Source of the DNA: Spirochaetaceae bacterium
Lineage (GTDB): Bacteria > Spirochaetota > Spirochaetia > DSM-2461
Assembly (NCBI GenBank): GCA_965224705.1
Contig: OZ245056.1
Span: 192,001 to 256,000 of the forward strand
DNA length: 64,000 bases
Reading direction: 5' to 3'
Within the stretch, counting starts at the first letter, position 1; every line of letters starts with the position of its first letter. The translations under genes and the position numbers were made by a program. The notes under the pieces were generated by a model. It saw nothing but the letters and a program-made list of their open reading frames with translations. It did not search any database and was not told the DNA's origin. Shown piece after piece: positions 1 through 11,846 of the stretch.

Positions 1-2008
1 CTGTACCCCAGGGGACGGTGGGATACCTTGGACAAAACAGGTACCCCCGATCTCCCTCAACAACTGATCGGCCAAGTCCTACAGCAATTCTGGAGGCACC
101 ATCTTCCCTGTCCATGGGACCAATTGGATAGTAATTAAGGGACTGGGCTGTCCCTGAGAGGCGGGGGAACCAGAAGTCGCCATTTTTACTTCCAGCCAGC
201 CTCTGTATTACAACGGCCATTTTTTCTTCATCCCTCCCGACACCCAGAGCCTCCCGATATCTTGCGGCTTCGATTGAAAAAGTACTGGCCCACACAAGCT
301 TCACCGCATCGCAGAGAAGTTTTACTCGATCATTGGAATCGGCTTCACCGGGGATCATGTAGGTATCGTAAACACCGGCAAAAGGTATGGATTGAGAATC
401 CTCCAGAAGAGTGGAAGATCGAACGGCCAGAGGACCTGTTTCCCTCCTTGAAAAGATGCTGAGAACTTGAATGAGTTCTTCTGCAATCGGGGCTGCAAGG
501 AATGCCCTGTGAAGCTTACTGTTTTCCAGATCAGACTCAACAGGCAGATCACTTCCATCCAAAAACCTGTCAAACTCCCCTGTCGCAATGATGAGTGTTC
601 TGGGGATTTCAACGGTAAGAGGATAAAACTTCTCCCCTGGAAGTATGGCATGAAGGAGGGAATTAAAAAAAGCCAGACCCCTGCCTTTACCTCCAAGGGA
701 ACCACTCCCATACCTCACAACCGCTCCCGAAGCACCAGGATCTTCAAAGCTAAAGTCTATTACCCGGCCGCGATGGCGGGCTACTCTCACCTCTCTGAGA
801 ATCTTTGAGAAAAAAGCTCTTCGTTCTTCCGCATCAGAAAAATCTTCCATACGCACAGGTTTTATTTGCCGAACCACACTGAATTCACCACGGGCAGCCA
901 TCCAGCGGGAGAAATCATTCTGATCGGCATGGTGGAGGAATGATTCTGATGGCAGGGAATTGATCGCTATTTCAAATTCTCTGAGAGTTCGTACCCGCCG
1001 GAGAGGTTCACCTCTGGGATTTCGAAATATGAAGTCTCCAAATCCCAGTTCTTTCAGTATGAACTTTCGTATACCTCGATGAAGATCACCCGCCAGTTTC
1101 CCCTGAAAACGGGCACCATATGCTTCAGCTTTCACAGCCAGACTGTCATCTGATGATTGAAAAAGAACCGGTACACTGATACCCATCTCCCGAAAACGTT
1201 CTATCAGTGAAAAACCCGCACTGGAATCGATCTTCCCATTCCGGGTAAAGGAAATATCGGACACGATTCCAATGAGTGCATCCCTGTAGGTTTTCCCAAT
1301 TGTAAGTGCTTCAATCCAATCCCTGGCTAAAAGGACTTTGGGTCGGGTTCTCATACGCCAGTACTTATCCGTATCGTTCATTTCTTCCGCTATAAGTCGT
1401 TGGGTATGAGTCATTATCTGAGCATACAGCAGGGGCAGGTAGGCTGAATAAAATGGGACGGAATCTTCCACAACAAGCAGAACGCCTACTTTTCCATCAC
1501 TGGTGTCATTGGGTGAATTACGCTTATCTTCAACGAATTTAATCATGGCAAGGAACAACCGCGAATCACCGGTCCATACAAAATGGGCATCGATCAGTTT
1601 TCTGTTATCGTAGTTATCAGTATTGGTTGTGAACTCACTTCTTGAGGAATACAGCATTAAAACAGTCAGCTCAGGATGGAGGTTTTTTGCCATTTCAGTC
1701 AGCTCAACAGGCGATAGATTCCCGGTTCGCGTACCGATGATCATTAAATCAAATTCCCTGTTCTTCAAGTTCTCCAGAGCTTCATCTCCATCAGCCACAG
1801 TAATAAGCCGCGGTACGGTTGTGAGGTTGAGCTGATGGTACTCTCCAACTATTTGATCTGAGAGCTTGGCATCGTGTTCCAGAATCCATGCATCATAATG
1901 GGGGAGGACCAGAAGGACATGCCGAATGCGCCATTGCATGAGTTCATGAAATGTATCATCGCCGAATTTTAATTTATCGAATGCGGTATTGAGATCAATA
2001 TTGTCCAT
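1..2008 (-). CDS. PEP/pyruvate-binding domain protein with N-terminal receiver-like domain (PEP synthase/PPDK-like); partial, runs off the left edge
   Basis: Manual translation from ATG at 2008: MDNIDLNTAFDKLKFGDDTFHELMQWRIRHVLLVLPHYDAWILEHDAKLSDQIVGEYHQLNL...; same frame near the edge reads RIAVGLGRSVVEGDRGYLFCPRYP. Absent from the ORF track, presumably because its stop lies outside the window. Confidence 0.75.
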   Translation of the reverse strand, partial: MDNIDLNTAFDKLKFGDDTFHELMQWRIRHVLLVLPHYDAWILEHDAKLSDQIVGEYHQLNLTTVPRLITVADGDEALENLKNREFDLMIIGTRTGNLSPVELTEMAKNLHPELTVLMLYSSRSEFTTNTDNYDNRKLIDAHFVWTGDSRLFLAMIKFVEDKRNSPNDTSDGKVGVLLVVEDSVPFYSAYLPLLYAQIMTHTQRLIAEEMNDTDKYWRMRTRPKVLLARDWIEALTIGKTYRDALIGIVSDISFTRNGKIDSSAGFSLIERFREMGISVPVLFQSSDDSLAVKAEAYGARFQGKLAGDLHRGIRKFILKELGFGDFIFRNPRGEPLRRVRTLREFEIAINSLPSESFLHHADQNDFSRWMAARGEFSVVRQIKPVRMEDFSDAEERRAFFSKILREVRVARHRGRVIDFSFEDPGASGAVVRYGSGSLGGKGRGLAFFNSLLHAILPGEKFYPLTVEIPRTLIIATGEFDRFLDGSDLPVESDLENSKLHRAFLAAPIAEELIQVLSIFSRRETGPLAVRSSTLLEDSQSIPFAGVYDTYMIPGEADSNDRVKLLCDAVKLVWASTFSIEAARYREALGVGRDEEKMAVVIQRLAGSKNGDFWFPRLSGTAQSLNYYPIGPMDREDGASRIAVGLGRSVVEGDRGYLFCPRYPTVPWGT

Positions 2009-2042
2009 TCCACATCATAGCATGAAAAGGACTGATTGGAAC

Positions 2043-3158
2043 CTATAAGTCCTGCAGTAGTATTGGCGAAGGTTCTTCGCTTACACCATGTCTTTCAGCA
2101 AATTGCCTTAGAAGATCTTTTTCCCGGCCGTTGAGGCGCTGAGGAATATTGACTTTGAGCTTGACGATGAGGTCGCCGCGGCGGTTTTTATCGCCATGAA
2201 TCGGGACTCCTTCCCCACGAATACGCAGCATTTTCCCATCCTGAGTTCCACCGGGGATCTTGAGCCGTATGCGCTTGTTATCCAGGCTGCGAACCCAGAT
2301 TTCGGCTCCAAGAGCTGCCTGAGTCATGGCAAGGGGGATGACACAGTACAGGTCATACTCATGCCGTTCAAAGTACTTATGATCCCGTACATGAATGTAG
2401 ACATAGAGATCGCCGGGAGGAGATCCTTTGGGGCCATGGTTGCCCTGCCTTTCAAGACGCAAACGCCTTCCCGGGTCCATCCCCGGCGGAATGGTAACTT
2501 TGATTTTCTGGTGAACCTGACTGGTACCGCTTCCCTTACAGTTCCTGCAGGGATCGTTTATAACCGTGCCTTCCCCTGAGCAGGAGGGACAGCTGGTGGC
2601 AATTGAGAAGAATCCGGAATTCCGTCTAACCTGCCCCGATCCTCCGCAATGGGAACAGGTTCTCACTCCTTTCCCGCCAATACCATTACAGGAATCGCAG
2701 GCTTTGAGTTTATTGTACTCAAGTTCGACTTCCACACCGAAAACTGCCTGATGAAAGTCTACACGAATGTCCTGCCGTAAATCGCTGCCGCGGGAGCGGC
2801 TGCCCGATGTGCGGCGACTGCTGCCCCCGCCAAAAATGGACTCAAAAATACCGCCAAAACCCCCAAAATTATCCCCAAAGATATCTTCAAAACCACTGAA
2901 GGCCGATGCGTTAAACGATGGTCCATCCATTCTATCCACGCCTTCAAAACCATACTGATTGTAGGCCTGGCGTTTTTTATCATCAGAAAGAACTTCATAG
3001 GCTTCCGTTGCTTCTTTGAATCTCACTTCAGCCTCAGGATTATTCTGATTGCGATCTGGATGATACTTTATCGCGAGTTTACGATAGGCTTTTTTTATTT
3101 CTTCGGTTCCGGCATTTTGAGGAACTTCAAGAACCTCATAATAATCTCTTCTTGCCAC
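2043..3158 (-). CDS. dnaJ: Chaperone DnaJ
   Basis: J-domain with HPD, G/F region, four CxxCxGxG zinc-finger repeats. Confidence 0.98.
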   Translation of the reverse strand: MARRDYYEVLEVPQNAGTEEIKKAYRKLAIKYHPDRNQNNPEAEVRFKEATEAYEVLSDDKKRQAYNQYGFEGVDRMDGPSFNASAFSGFEDIFGDNFGGFGGIFESIFGGGSSRRTSGSRSRGSDLRQDIRVDFHQAVFGVEVELEYNKLKACDSCNGIGGKGVRTCSHCGGSGQVRRNSGFFSIATSCPSCSGEGTVINDPCRNCKGSGTSQVHQKIKVTIPPGMDPGRRLRLERQGNHGPKGSPPGDLYVYIHVRDHKYFERHEYDLYCVIPLAMTQAALGAEIWVRSLDNKRIRLKIPGGTQDGKMLRIRGEGVPIHGDKNRRGDLIVKLKVNIPQRLNGREKDLLRQFAERHGVSEEPSPILLQDL

Positions 3159-3164
3159 ACAATC

Positions 3165-5072
3165 CTACTTATCTTCATCGACAACTTCATAATCCGCATC
3201 TTCTACATCTTTGTCAGTACCCGCATCGCCCGCTTCGGGGGTGGCTTCATTTTCAGAACCATGATCAGCAGGCGGGGTTTTATACATCTCTTCGGCCAAT
3301 TTCTGAGATGCCGCCGCAAGAACCTGGGTCTTTTCCTTTATGGATTCAGTATCCCCTGTTTGCACAGCATTTTTCAGATCGTTAATCGCAGCTTCTATGG
3401 AAGCCTTATCGTCACTGCTCACCTTATCCCCAAAGTCACTCAGAGCTTTTTCTGACTGATATATCAATGAATCGGCGTTGTTGCGTACTTCAGCCGCCTC
3501 CCTTGCAGACTTATCCGCATCAGCATTTGCCTCAGCTTCCTTCACCATCCTGTCAATTTCCTCCTCGGATAGGCCGCTGGAGGATTCAATTCTGATTTTC
3601 TGTTCCTTTCCGGTTCCCATATCCTTGGCAGAAACATGAACAATACCATTGGCATCAATGTCAAATGCCACCTCTATCTGAGGAACACCGCGAGGTGCGG
3701 GAGGTATTCCCGTCAACTCAAACCGGCCTAAAGTCCTGTTATGGGCGGCCATATCTCTCTCACCTTGAAGGACATGAATCGATACCGCCGGCTGATTATC
3801 AGCGGCTGTGGAGAAAACTTGACTCTTTTTTGTTGGTATCGTTGTATTCTTTTCAATAAGCTTGGTAAACACGGCACCCAGAGTTTCAATACCAAGGGAC
3901 AGAGGCGTAACATCCAGCAAAAGGACATCATTGACATCGCCCCCAAGTACCCCCCCCTGGATGGCAGCCCCCATGGCCACAACCTCATCGGGATTCACAC
4001 CACGATGAGCTTCTTTTCCAAAGATTTTTTTCACGGCTTCCTGCACAGCAGGTATACGTGTAGAACCGCCTACAAGAATGATTTCATCTATATCCGAGGC
4101 CTTATAACCAGCATCTTCAAGGGCCTGGATACAGGGGCCTTTGGTCCTCTCCACCAATTCAACCGTCATTTGATCAAACCTGGCCCTGGTCAAATTATAC
4201 TGTAGATGCTTCGGTCCAGAGGAATCTGCTGTTATAAAAGGAAGATTGACATCCGAACTCTGAGTTCCTGAAAGCTCTTTCTTGGCTTTTTCCGCGGCTT
4301 CTCTCAGACGCTGGAGTGCCATTTTATCCTGGGAGAGATCAATCCCCTGATCCTTTTTGAATTCACTTACAAGCCAGTCAATGATTTTTTGATCAAAATC
4401 GTCGCCGCCCAGATGTGTATCCCCATTGGTTGACCGCACTTCAAACACACCGTCCCCAAGATCCAGTATGGATATATCAAAGGTACCGCCACCAAGATCG
4501 TACACCGCAATTTTTTCTTCCTTCTCATGCTTGCCAATACCATAAGCCAGGGCAGCGGCTGTCGGTTCATTGATGATGCGTTTCACTTCAAGACCGGCAA
4601 TTTTGCCGGCATCCTTGGTAGCCTGGCGCTGAGCATCATTGAAATAGGCCGGTACCGTAATAATAGCCTCTGTCACTTCCTCGCCAAGATAACTCTCAGC
4701 GGTCTTCTTCATTTTCTGTAGAATCAGTGCGGATATTTCCGGCGGTGAATAATCCTTGTTCTTGATGCTTATCTGCACAACATCATTGGCACCTTTTCCA
4801 ACAGCATAGGGTACCATGCTCAATTCTGAGCCAACCTCACCGAATCGCCTACCCATAAATCTCTTTATCGAATAGATTGTATTAACTGGATTGGTAACCA
4901 TCTGGTTTTTGGCCGCCTGTCCCACAAGACGATCATCTTTATCAGTAAAGGCCACCATGGAAGGAGTCGTTCTGGCTCCTTCATCATTCTGTATGACAAT
5001 GGATTCGCTCCCTTCCATGACTGCGACACATGAGTTAGTTGTTCCGAGATCAATTCCAATAATCTTGCCCAT
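3165..5072 (-). CDS. dnaK: Chaperone DnaK (Hsp70)
   Basis: [25 protein letters not shown] motifs. Confidence 0.99.
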   Translation of the reverse strand: MGKIIGIDLGTTNSCVAVMEGSESIVIQNDEGARTTPSMVAFTDKDDRLVGQAAKNQMVTNPVNTIYSIKRFMGRRFGEVGSELSMVPYAVGKGANDVVQISIKNKDYSPPEISALILQKMKKTAESYLGEEVTEAIITVPAYFNDAQRQATKDAGKIAGLEVKRIINEPTAAALAYGIGKHEKEEKIAVYDLGGGTFDISILDLGDGVFEVRSTNGDTHLGGDDFDQKIIDWLVSEFKKDQGIDLSQDKMALQRLREAAEKAKKELSGTQSSDVNLPFITADSSGPKHLQYNLTRARFDQMTVELVERTKGPCIQALEDAGYKASDIDEIILVGGSTRIPAVQEAVKKIFGKEAHRGVNPDEVVAMGAAIQGGVLGGDVNDVLLLDVTPLSLGIETLGAVFTKLIEKNTTIPTKKSQVFSTAADNQPAVSIHVLQGERDMAAHNRTLGRFELTGIPPAPRGVPQIEVAFDIDANGIVHVSAKDMGTGKEQKIRIESSSGLSEEEIDRMVKEAEANADADKSAREAAEVRNNADSLIYQSEKALSDFGDKVSSDDKASIEAAINDLKNAVQTGDTESIKEKTQVLAAASQKLAEEMYKTPPADHGSENEATPEAGDAGTDKDVEDADYEVVDEDK

Positions 5073-5689
5073 TATTCAACTCCTTCTTCGATTATTTCTT
5101 CTGGTACTACTCTGGTTTCATTGCTGCTTTGAATTGGTTTGACAACTATAACTTTCGCTGGTCGAAGAACTCTGTCATACAGTCGATATCCAGCCTGCAG
5201 CACCTGTTTAACCATGGCATTATCCACCTCTTCTGATTCTTCCATCATCATAGCCTCATGAGCCAGAGGATCAAAGCCTCCGCCAGGTTCAGCGATGCGC
5301 TGTAAATGGTACTTATCTGTCAGCATTCCAATGAACTGCTTCCCTATCATTTCAATACCTGCATGAAAAGTATCAAATTCCCGTGATTTAACGGATGATT
5401 CAATGGCTCGTTCAAAATTATCAATCACCTCTGCAAGATCCTTCAATATATCCTGGTGACGATATTTATGATCTTCCTGTTGTTGTTTCACCAGCCGCTT
5501 CCTGGTATTCTGCATTTCCGCAACCATCCGCAATTTTGAATCCTCAAGTTCAGCTATTTTCTCTTTCAAAACCTGTGACTCTTCAAGATCTGCGGACTTC
5601 CTGATATCTGTAGATTCATCACAAACAGCCTGTTCCTGATCACTGTTTTCTACTGCTTTCTCGTCCAGGCCCTTTTCTCCATCATTCAT
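5072..5689 (-). CDS. grpE: Nucleotide exchange factor GrpE
   Basis: [31 protein letters not shown]; first gene of grpE-dnaK-dnaJ. Confidence 0.96.
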   Translation of the reverse strand: MNDGEKGLDEKAVENSDQEQAVCDESTDIRKSADLEESQVLKEKIAELEDSKLRMVAEMQNTRKRLVKQQQEDHKYRHQDILKDLAEVIDNFERAIESSVKSREFDTFHAGIEMIGKQFIGMLTDKYHLQRIAEPGGGFDPLAHEAMMMEESEEVDNAMVKQVLQAGYRLYDRVLRPAKVIVVKPIQSSNETRVVPEEIIEEGVE

Positions 5690-5873
5690 TAACTATGACT
5701 ACCTCTTATAAATCTAATTTCCTGCATTTTTCTGTGGCTTAAAATACTCAAAAGCAAGAATTACGGTCAAGTAAAACAGATATTAAATTAATGATACGAA
5801 AATATCAAAGAAAAAATGCTTTCCACACAAAAAAACATTGTCGCTCTCACACCTTTGTACTACAATGTAGTTA

Positions 5874-6179
5874 ATGGTACGCAAAGTTTTCTTGAATGGA
5901 CAGGTAAGAACACTTCTGGTTCTTGAGGATCAGCAGGATGAGCCGGTTTTCAACCCGATTCTTGAAACTCTCAGCGAACAGGCAGAGCGTATAGCAAGTC
6001 TGGAAGCCCAGAATAGAGAGTTGATCAGACAGGAAGAAATTCTCATCCAGCTGGTGGAAATAACGACTCAAACAGGAGAACTCATGTCCCGCAGCCTGCG
6101 GGCCTTAAAGAAATTGGAAGAAAGCCTGCAAAGTGAAGAACTCCTGGCCATGAGTCTTAAGGATCATGATTCCGAATGA
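5874..6179 (+). CDS. Hypothetical coiled-coil protein
   Basis: 101-aa helical ORF; TACAAT -10-like box 7 nt upstream of the ATG. Confidence 0.55.
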   Translation: MVRKVFLNGQVRTLLVLEDQQDEPVFNPILETLSEQAERIASLEAQNRELIRQEEILIQLVEITTQTGELMSRSLRALKKLEESLQSEELLAMSLKDHDSE

Positions 6180-6190
6180 TCGCAGATTTC

Positions 6191-9100
6191 TCACTTCTTA
6201 TTCCCTGGCATTAGATTCAATATCAGTTCAACTTCGCTGCGACTGATTTTTGTATAGTTGGCAATTGTTAGCGGATCCCAATTCTGTTTAGCCAGTCTCT
6301 CTATCATTTCCCGAGTGCTCATATCCGGCAAACCCGGATCTTTCCTGTTATCCTGTCGGGATAGAGAACCAAGCAGCCGAATGTGCTGCTGCGTTTCTGT
6401 ATTAATCTCCCCCAATCGGGTTTCTGCCCTGGCCAACCATTCCCTTACCTTTCCAAGTTCTTCCAGACGGGAATCCAGTTCCAGAATGGTGGAGTCCAGT
6501 GTTGCAACTTTATCAACAGCCGTATCTATTCTTTTCTTATTATCCGTTATAATAGCCTGACGTTTCGCTACTTCCTTCATGTGCTCCTTCATGGAAACGA
6601 GGGAATCACCAATCTTCCTGATTGAATCTTCCAGTTCAACCATCTGTTGAAAATTACTGTCGACTCCCTCAGTCGTTTTATCAAGAACCCTGGTCGTTGC
6701 CGATAGTCGGTCATACTGCTGAGTCAGATCCTTCTGTAGATCTTCCAGTTGTTTCAACCGAACCTGGAGATCCAGCAATGTGTCATGTGTGTCATTAACT
6801 CTGTCCAGCTTATGCTCTATCGATTCAGACAAACCACTGATTCGGGCTATCTTCCCTTCAAGGTTATCAACTTTTTGCTGCTCAGTTAAAAACCGGCTCA
6901 TTTTTATATTGACATCAGAATAAAGACTCATTACATGTTCATATTGCTGGCTGATTTCCTGGATCTCCACACGGCTTGATCCGACAACTTCGATTTGGCG
7001 TTTGAGTTCCGCAAGATCTTTTTTCAGATGTCCCTTTAACTCATCAGCACGTTTAAATATTCCAGTTTCAGCAATGAAGTCTTTCTGCCTCCTGTCGATT
7101 TCGTTAAGATTCTCAGACAGCCGCATGCTGTCTTCATCTATACGGCTGATCATTTCATTTCGAGAGCTGTCGATACGACTTCGAGAATCCTGAACCAATT
7201 GCTTTAGATCTCTAATCTTGCGCTCTAAATCACTTTTTGTTTCCTGGGAATTTCTTCGGAACTCAAGGAGAAAACTGTCTTTTTGCTTCTTGAGATCATC
7301 CATGGTTTCCTGACGTTTTTCGATAAGTTCGTCTGACAGAGAGTCAACCCTTTCCCTCATATCAGATAACTCCTGGACAATAACAGTTCGTTCCCCATCA
7401 GATTCCAGAATTAACTGCTCCGTACGGCCTTTGAACTCATCCTGGATATCGGTAATCCTGGTAGTGAAATCCACCTGCAGCGTATCAACACTTTCCATCA
7501 CATTCCGTTCTGATTCTGACATCTGCTTATTGACACGAATCTTCCAGTCATCATTGTTATTCTGGATTTGCTGCATTTTATTGGCCAGATCTTCCTTCCA
7601 TTCTTCCATTTCCCGGGAAAAGTCCGTTATTTCCTGCTTGATCATTGCAGCAGATTTGGACAGCATTTCATCAATTTCGCCTTCCATTGAACCAAATGCC
7701 TCATGGAATTCAACAAGGGCAGATTTCTTTTCTGCGGCGAGTTTTTCCGACAGTGATTCTCTGAATTGAATTATTTCTTTCTCGGAAATCTCAATTCGTC
7801 CCGTCAGGGAAGCCTGTAATGTATCAACCTGAACCTGAAAGGCATCGATCTGATTGAAGACATGGGACTGTAGATCCGCAAGCTTCTGTTTCAATTCGGC
7901 AGAATGCTGCTGTTCGGTTATATCTCTTTGCCTCACAGCCTTTAAACTCAGCTCTTCTATTTCCAAATCCGCATTTCTCTGCCATTCATCAAGGGATTCC
8001 TTCAACTCACTGCTTCTATTTTTAATGTCTGCAAAGAAGCTGTCCTCGAAGTCCTGCAGCTTCTCCGAAACATTGTCATAAGCACGTTCCTTCAGGCTGT
8101 CCAATCCTTTTTCAAGATCTGTCATTATTCGGCGAATTCGTATGGACTCTTTTTCAAGATCTTTATTCTCATTCTCCCTTTTCACTCTCAATCCGTCATC
8201 AAATTCCTTATATACAGCCTTGAAATCTTCCACTGTCTTCTGTTGAGATGCCTTCAGACTTTCCGCAAGAACATCCATGTCATGGATGAAACCTTCAATG
8301 TGCTTGAAGCGGTTTTCAATTTCTTTTTTATAATCAAACTGGTGATTTTCAATGGATTCCAGCATTTTGCTTTCTTTCTTGTGGAAAGAATCGACAAATT
8401 GAACTTCCAGTTCATCCAGTTTTTTATCAAGTTCAGTCACATTTGACTGGATGTGTTTCTCTGTTTCTCTCAAGATTTCATCAAAACCGTCAGAAGTAAC
8501 TTGAATACGTTCCTCAATGTATTTATCCGTGTTTGAGACTTCAGTATCAACAAGTTCCACAAGTCTGCTCACATCCGAATCAATTTTTGAAGAAATAGAA
8601 CTCACTTCATCTTCCATGTATTTGTTGAGACGGCTCAATTCCAGGCGGAGATTTTCTTCGGTTTCCCTGTTCAGTCTGTCAATACTGGATTCCATATGTT
8701 TTTCAAGATTGGCCATGCTTTCATCAGAAGAAACCGCTGTCGACTGAACACGTTTTTCCAATTCCTGCAACTCATTGAACCGATTATCCAGTGTGATGGA
8801 GACCATCTGCAATTTCCTTTCTAAACGACTTTCAATGCTACTGGATTCTGCTTGAAACCGTTCCTCCAGTTCAGCCAGATTTATATTGAAACCCTCTTCA
8901 GCCGATTGAACCTGTGCGTCCAACTGTTTTTCAAGGTCACTGGCATCTGAACTCATTCGCTGTTCCAGTTCCTGCAATTCCTTGAAGCTATTACCAAAGT
9001 CGTTGGAGACTGTCTTCAATCGGTCATTAATGTGCGATTCCAGTTTCCCTGTGTTGTTCTGTACTCGTTCCTTTACTTCTTCAAGACCTGCATTGAATCG

Positions 9101-10738
9101 GTTCTCCGCAGACTCAACATGTTCATCAATCTGCTTATCAAGTTTATCAATACGGGATTTCATGTGTTCTTCCAGTCGACTGTCAAACTTTTTAATGCTG
9201 GATTGTACCTTATCCTGTAATTCCATAAGACTGGATTCAGTGCTATCCGAAGCGGACTGCACCTGCTCTTCCAACACCTTCAACTCATCCAGATCGGTAT
9301 TGAAATTATCCGATGCGGACTGAAGCCGTCCTTTGAGCTGGCTTTCAAGATTGTCCGTTTCCGTTTGCAGCTGCTCCTGGATTTTTACAAGTTTTATCTC
9401 ATGTTCACTGGACATCGCTTCAACCTGATTTCCCAGACGATCCTCTAATTCAGTGACATCTGATTGTATCTGTTTTTCCAATTCTGTCAGGTTAGAATCT
9501 GAATCCAGGGAGATTGTCTGAATGCGCCCTTCCAGCTCACAAATCTGACTGTAGCTGGTTTCAATACTCTTTTCAGAGGATTGGATGCGGACTTTGAGGC
9601 GATTTTCAAGTTCGTCTACACTGGTTTGCATACTGTCTTCCAGATCTACAAAACCAGTATCAAAATGACCTGCGGCATGCCGTATTCGTTTTTCCATTTC
9701 TTCCAATCTGTCGTCACAATCAGCTGAAACTGCCTGCAGATGCTCATCCATTTCCTTCAGTTTTAAACGAGAATCATCAGATGCAGCAGAGAAAATCTTT
9801 TCCAGTCTCTCATCAAAAGTACTGGTTCTGGATTGAATGCTCTCTTCCAATTCTTGAAACTGATTTTTTACGGTATCCATATCATTGCGTGTTTCCTTCA
9901 GCTCATCCTGAATACTTGCTGCAGTGGACGATATCCTGTTTCTGAGCTCATTGATTCCTCCAAGCCATTTTGCTTCCAGGCGCGATGCATCGGAATCTAT
10001 CTTTTCCTTGAGAGCAGAGAAAACATCATCCTCCAGTTGTAATCCCTCCTCAGCGGTTTTCTCCCGCCGTTTATTGAAAACAGTCTCTACCTGAGTCAAA
10101 CTGTCCTGATATGCTGCAATTCCAGCCTGCATTTCTCCATCTCGCTGCGTATTGAGATTGTCCAGTTTTTCCTTATATTGAACTAATTGACGGTCAGTAT
10201 CGCTGAGATCGTCACGAAGGTTGAGGATTTCACTATTGAGATCGGCCAGAACTTCGCTGCGGAACGCTGCAAAGCGTGCTTTATCTTTTTCTTCAAGTGA
10301 AGAGAATTTCTCCCGGATATCATTCAATCGCCCACCGACTTCATCCACATATATCGATTCATCTTTCAATCGAGACAGATTTTCATCAACTCTGAGAGCT
10401 AAATCATTTAATTCATCAAGCGCACGCTCATGAACTTCTATTTGCTTCACTCTATCTTCAAGTTCATCGGTACGCATGATGATTTCATTCCGTGCATCTT
10501 CAATATGTGAATAAATTGTTTTGTTTGTTTCTTCCTGCACTTCAAGATCGAGGAATGAGTTGCTTATTCCATCAGTTTTCTGCTTGATCCATTTATCAAG
10601 TTCACTTTTGGTTTTCTCAGCATAACTTCTGACTTTCTTAAGAGATCTCCCTGTTTTGTCAAAGCGCTTGGACAGGTAAAAAGCAATGCCTACACAAATA
10701 ATAATGAGGATATCTCCGCCATCAAAAAAGAAAGTCAT
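6191..10738 (-). CDS. SpiroCoCo-family large coiled-coil protein
   Basis: 1515 aa, N-terminal TM followed by RSLKKVRSYAEK, long coiled coil, C-terminal WLARAETRL and IANYTKISRSEVELIL typical of this spirochaete family. Confidence 0.8.
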   Translation of the reverse strand: MTFFFDGGDILIIICVGIAFYLSKRFDKTGRSLKKVRSYAEKTKSELDKWIKQKTDGISNSFLDLEVQEETNKTIYSHIEDARNEIIMRTDELEDRVKQIEVHERALDELNDLALRVDENLSRLKDESIYVDEVGGRLNDIREKFSSLEEKDKARFAAFRSEVLADLNSEILNLRDDLSDTDRQLVQYKEKLDNLNTQRDGEMQAGIAAYQDSLTQVETVFNKRREKTAEEGLQLEDDVFSALKEKIDSDASRLEAKWLGGINELRNRISSTAASIQDELKETRNDMDTVKNQFQELEESIQSRTSTFDERLEKIFSAASDDSRLKLKEMDEHLQAVSADCDDRLEEMEKRIRHAAGHFDTGFVDLEDSMQTSVDELENRLKVRIQSSEKSIETSYSQICELEGRIQTISLDSDSNLTELEKQIQSDVTELEDRLGNQVEAMSSEHEIKLVKIQEQLQTETDNLESQLKGRLQSASDNFNTDLDELKVLEEQVQSASDSTESSLMELQDKVQSSIKKFDSRLEEHMKSRIDKLDKQIDEHVESAENRFNAGLEEVKERVQNNTGKLESHINDRLKTVSNDFGNSFKELQELEQRMSSDASDLEKQLDAQVQSAEEGFNINLAELEERFQAESSSIESRLERKLQMVSITLDNRFNELQELEKRVQSTAVSSDESMANLEKHMESSIDRLNRETEENLRLELSRLNKYMEDEVSSISSKIDSDVSRLVELVDTEVSNTDKYIEERIQVTSDGFDEILRETEKHIQSNVTELDKKLDELEVQFVDSFHKKESKMLESIENHQFDYKKEIENRFKHIEGFIHDMDVLAESLKASQQKTVEDFKAVYKEFDDGLRVKRENENKDLEKESIRIRRIMTDLEKGLDSLKERAYDNVSEKLQDFEDSFFADIKNRSSELKESLDEWQRNADLEIEELSLKAVRQRDITEQQHSAELKQKLADLQSHVFNQIDAFQVQVDTLQASLTGRIEISEKEIIQFRESLSEKLAAEKKSALVEFHEAFGSMEGEIDEMLSKSAAMIKQEITDFSREMEEWKEDLANKMQQIQNNNDDWKIRVNKQMSESERNVMESVDTLQVDFTTRITDIQDEFKGRTEQLILESDGERTVIVQELSDMRERVDSLSDELIEKRQETMDDLKKQKDSFLLEFRRNSQETKSDLERKIRDLKQLVQDSRSRIDSSRNEMISRIDEDSMRLSENLNEIDRRQKDFIAETGIFKRADELKGHLKKDLAELKRQIEVVGSSRVEIQEISQQYEHVMSLYSDVNIKMSRFLTEQQKVDNLEGKIARISGLSESIEHKLDRVNDTHDTLLDLQVRLKQLEDLQKDLTQQYDRLSATTRVLDKTTEGVDSNFQQMVELEDSIRKIGDSLVSMKEHMKEVAKRQAIITDNKKRIDTAVDKVATLDSTILELDSRLEELGKVREWLARAETRLGEINTETQQHIRLLGSLSRQDNRKDPGLPDMSTREMIERLAKQNWDPLTIANYTKISRSEVELILNLMPGNKK

Positions 10739-11391
10739 CTTGTCACCTCGCTAAGAATACTGTCAGCTAAATGCTTAAAATTGGAATAAACAATGACATC
10801 AGACGGGACATGGCGTTTATTGATACCCACAAGGGCACCGCGCATGCCCGAGTTTTCAGCTCCCCGAACATCATACTCAAGTCTATTCCCAACATAGAGA
10901 ATATCTTCAGCATCAACACAAAGCTTTTCAGCCATTATACTGAATGGCTGAGAATCAGGTTTAAGCCGTTTTGACTCCGGGAAACCCAGAGTGACATCAA
11001 AGACACCATCTAATCCAAAGTATTTGAGTTTGTTTCCAACAGGAAAATCCGACAATACGGCCAATTTCAATCCAGCATCTTTGAGACGCAGTAATGCATC
11101 AAGAACTCCCGGATATACTGGAACATTCCGAAAGCATTTCTCCCATTTCCTATAGATTATACTATCACGGATGAATTTAGATGACTCTACATCACAATGA
11201 AGTTTTTGAGCAAATATCTCCACTTCATCCGAGTCTGTGTCTCTATTGGTTTCCCTCATAATACGCCGCGTTTTGACAAATGCACGAACAACTTTCAGGT
11301 TTGAAATCAAAAAGAAAACTGAACGTTCCTTCGCTCGACGTTCCCTGTAAAGAGTTCCATCAATGTCAAAACCAATAGCTTTCAGTGCCAT
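10735..11391 (-). CDS. HAD-family hydrolase
   Basis: FDIDGTLY motif I; LSD; KPD; YVGN..YDV.GA. Confidence 0.9.
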   Translation of the reverse strand: MALKAIGFDIDGTLYRERRAKERSVFFLISNLKVVRAFVKTRRIMRETNRDTDSDEVEIFAQKLHCDVESSKFIRDSIIYRKWEKCFRNVPVYPGVLDALLRLKDAGLKLAVLSDFPVGNKLKYFGLDGVFDVTLGFPESKRLKPDSQPFSIMAEKLCVDAEDILYVGNRLEYDVRGAENSGMRGALVGINKRHVPSDVIVYSNFKHLADSILSEVTR

Positions 11392-11846
11392 TTATAACCT
11401 TTATCATCTGAAACCACCCCTTCCAACTTCATCAGGAATCGCAATGATAATCTCACAGGGGATTTGAACCGCCTTCTACAGGGAGCATGGTCATTTCGTG
11501 GCTGCCGATACCGCAGCAATTAACTCCGCTGCTGCTGTAATTGAGAAGTAAATTAATCATCCCCCCTCCCATTAAACAATATTTTAAACCATTTAGATGA
11601 CTGATTCCAGAAGAAATTCTTGAATTGTATATGAAATCTACAGCAATTTGACATGACCGGCCTGATTACTCCGTTCAATATGCGGAAGACTGAGACAATC
11701 ACCCTGTATTGAAAAAGTAACAGATGAAGATGTGTCCCTGCCTGCCAGGGAATCATTGATGGTTCGAGTCACTCTGGAAGACAGGCTCACAGGATTCAGG
11801 GAGGAAATCGGTGACGGGACCACTCAGGGAATTCGATGGAAAAAGT

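Noticed and set aside
5690..5870. CIRCE/HrcA operator upstream of grpE (also checked groES)
   Set aside because: TTAGCACTC-N9-GAGTGCTAA not present; no hrcA in the window
11455..11475. tRNA (ggttcaaatccc T-loop-like motif on the minus strand)
   Set aside because: No acceptor, D or anticodon stems can be built around it
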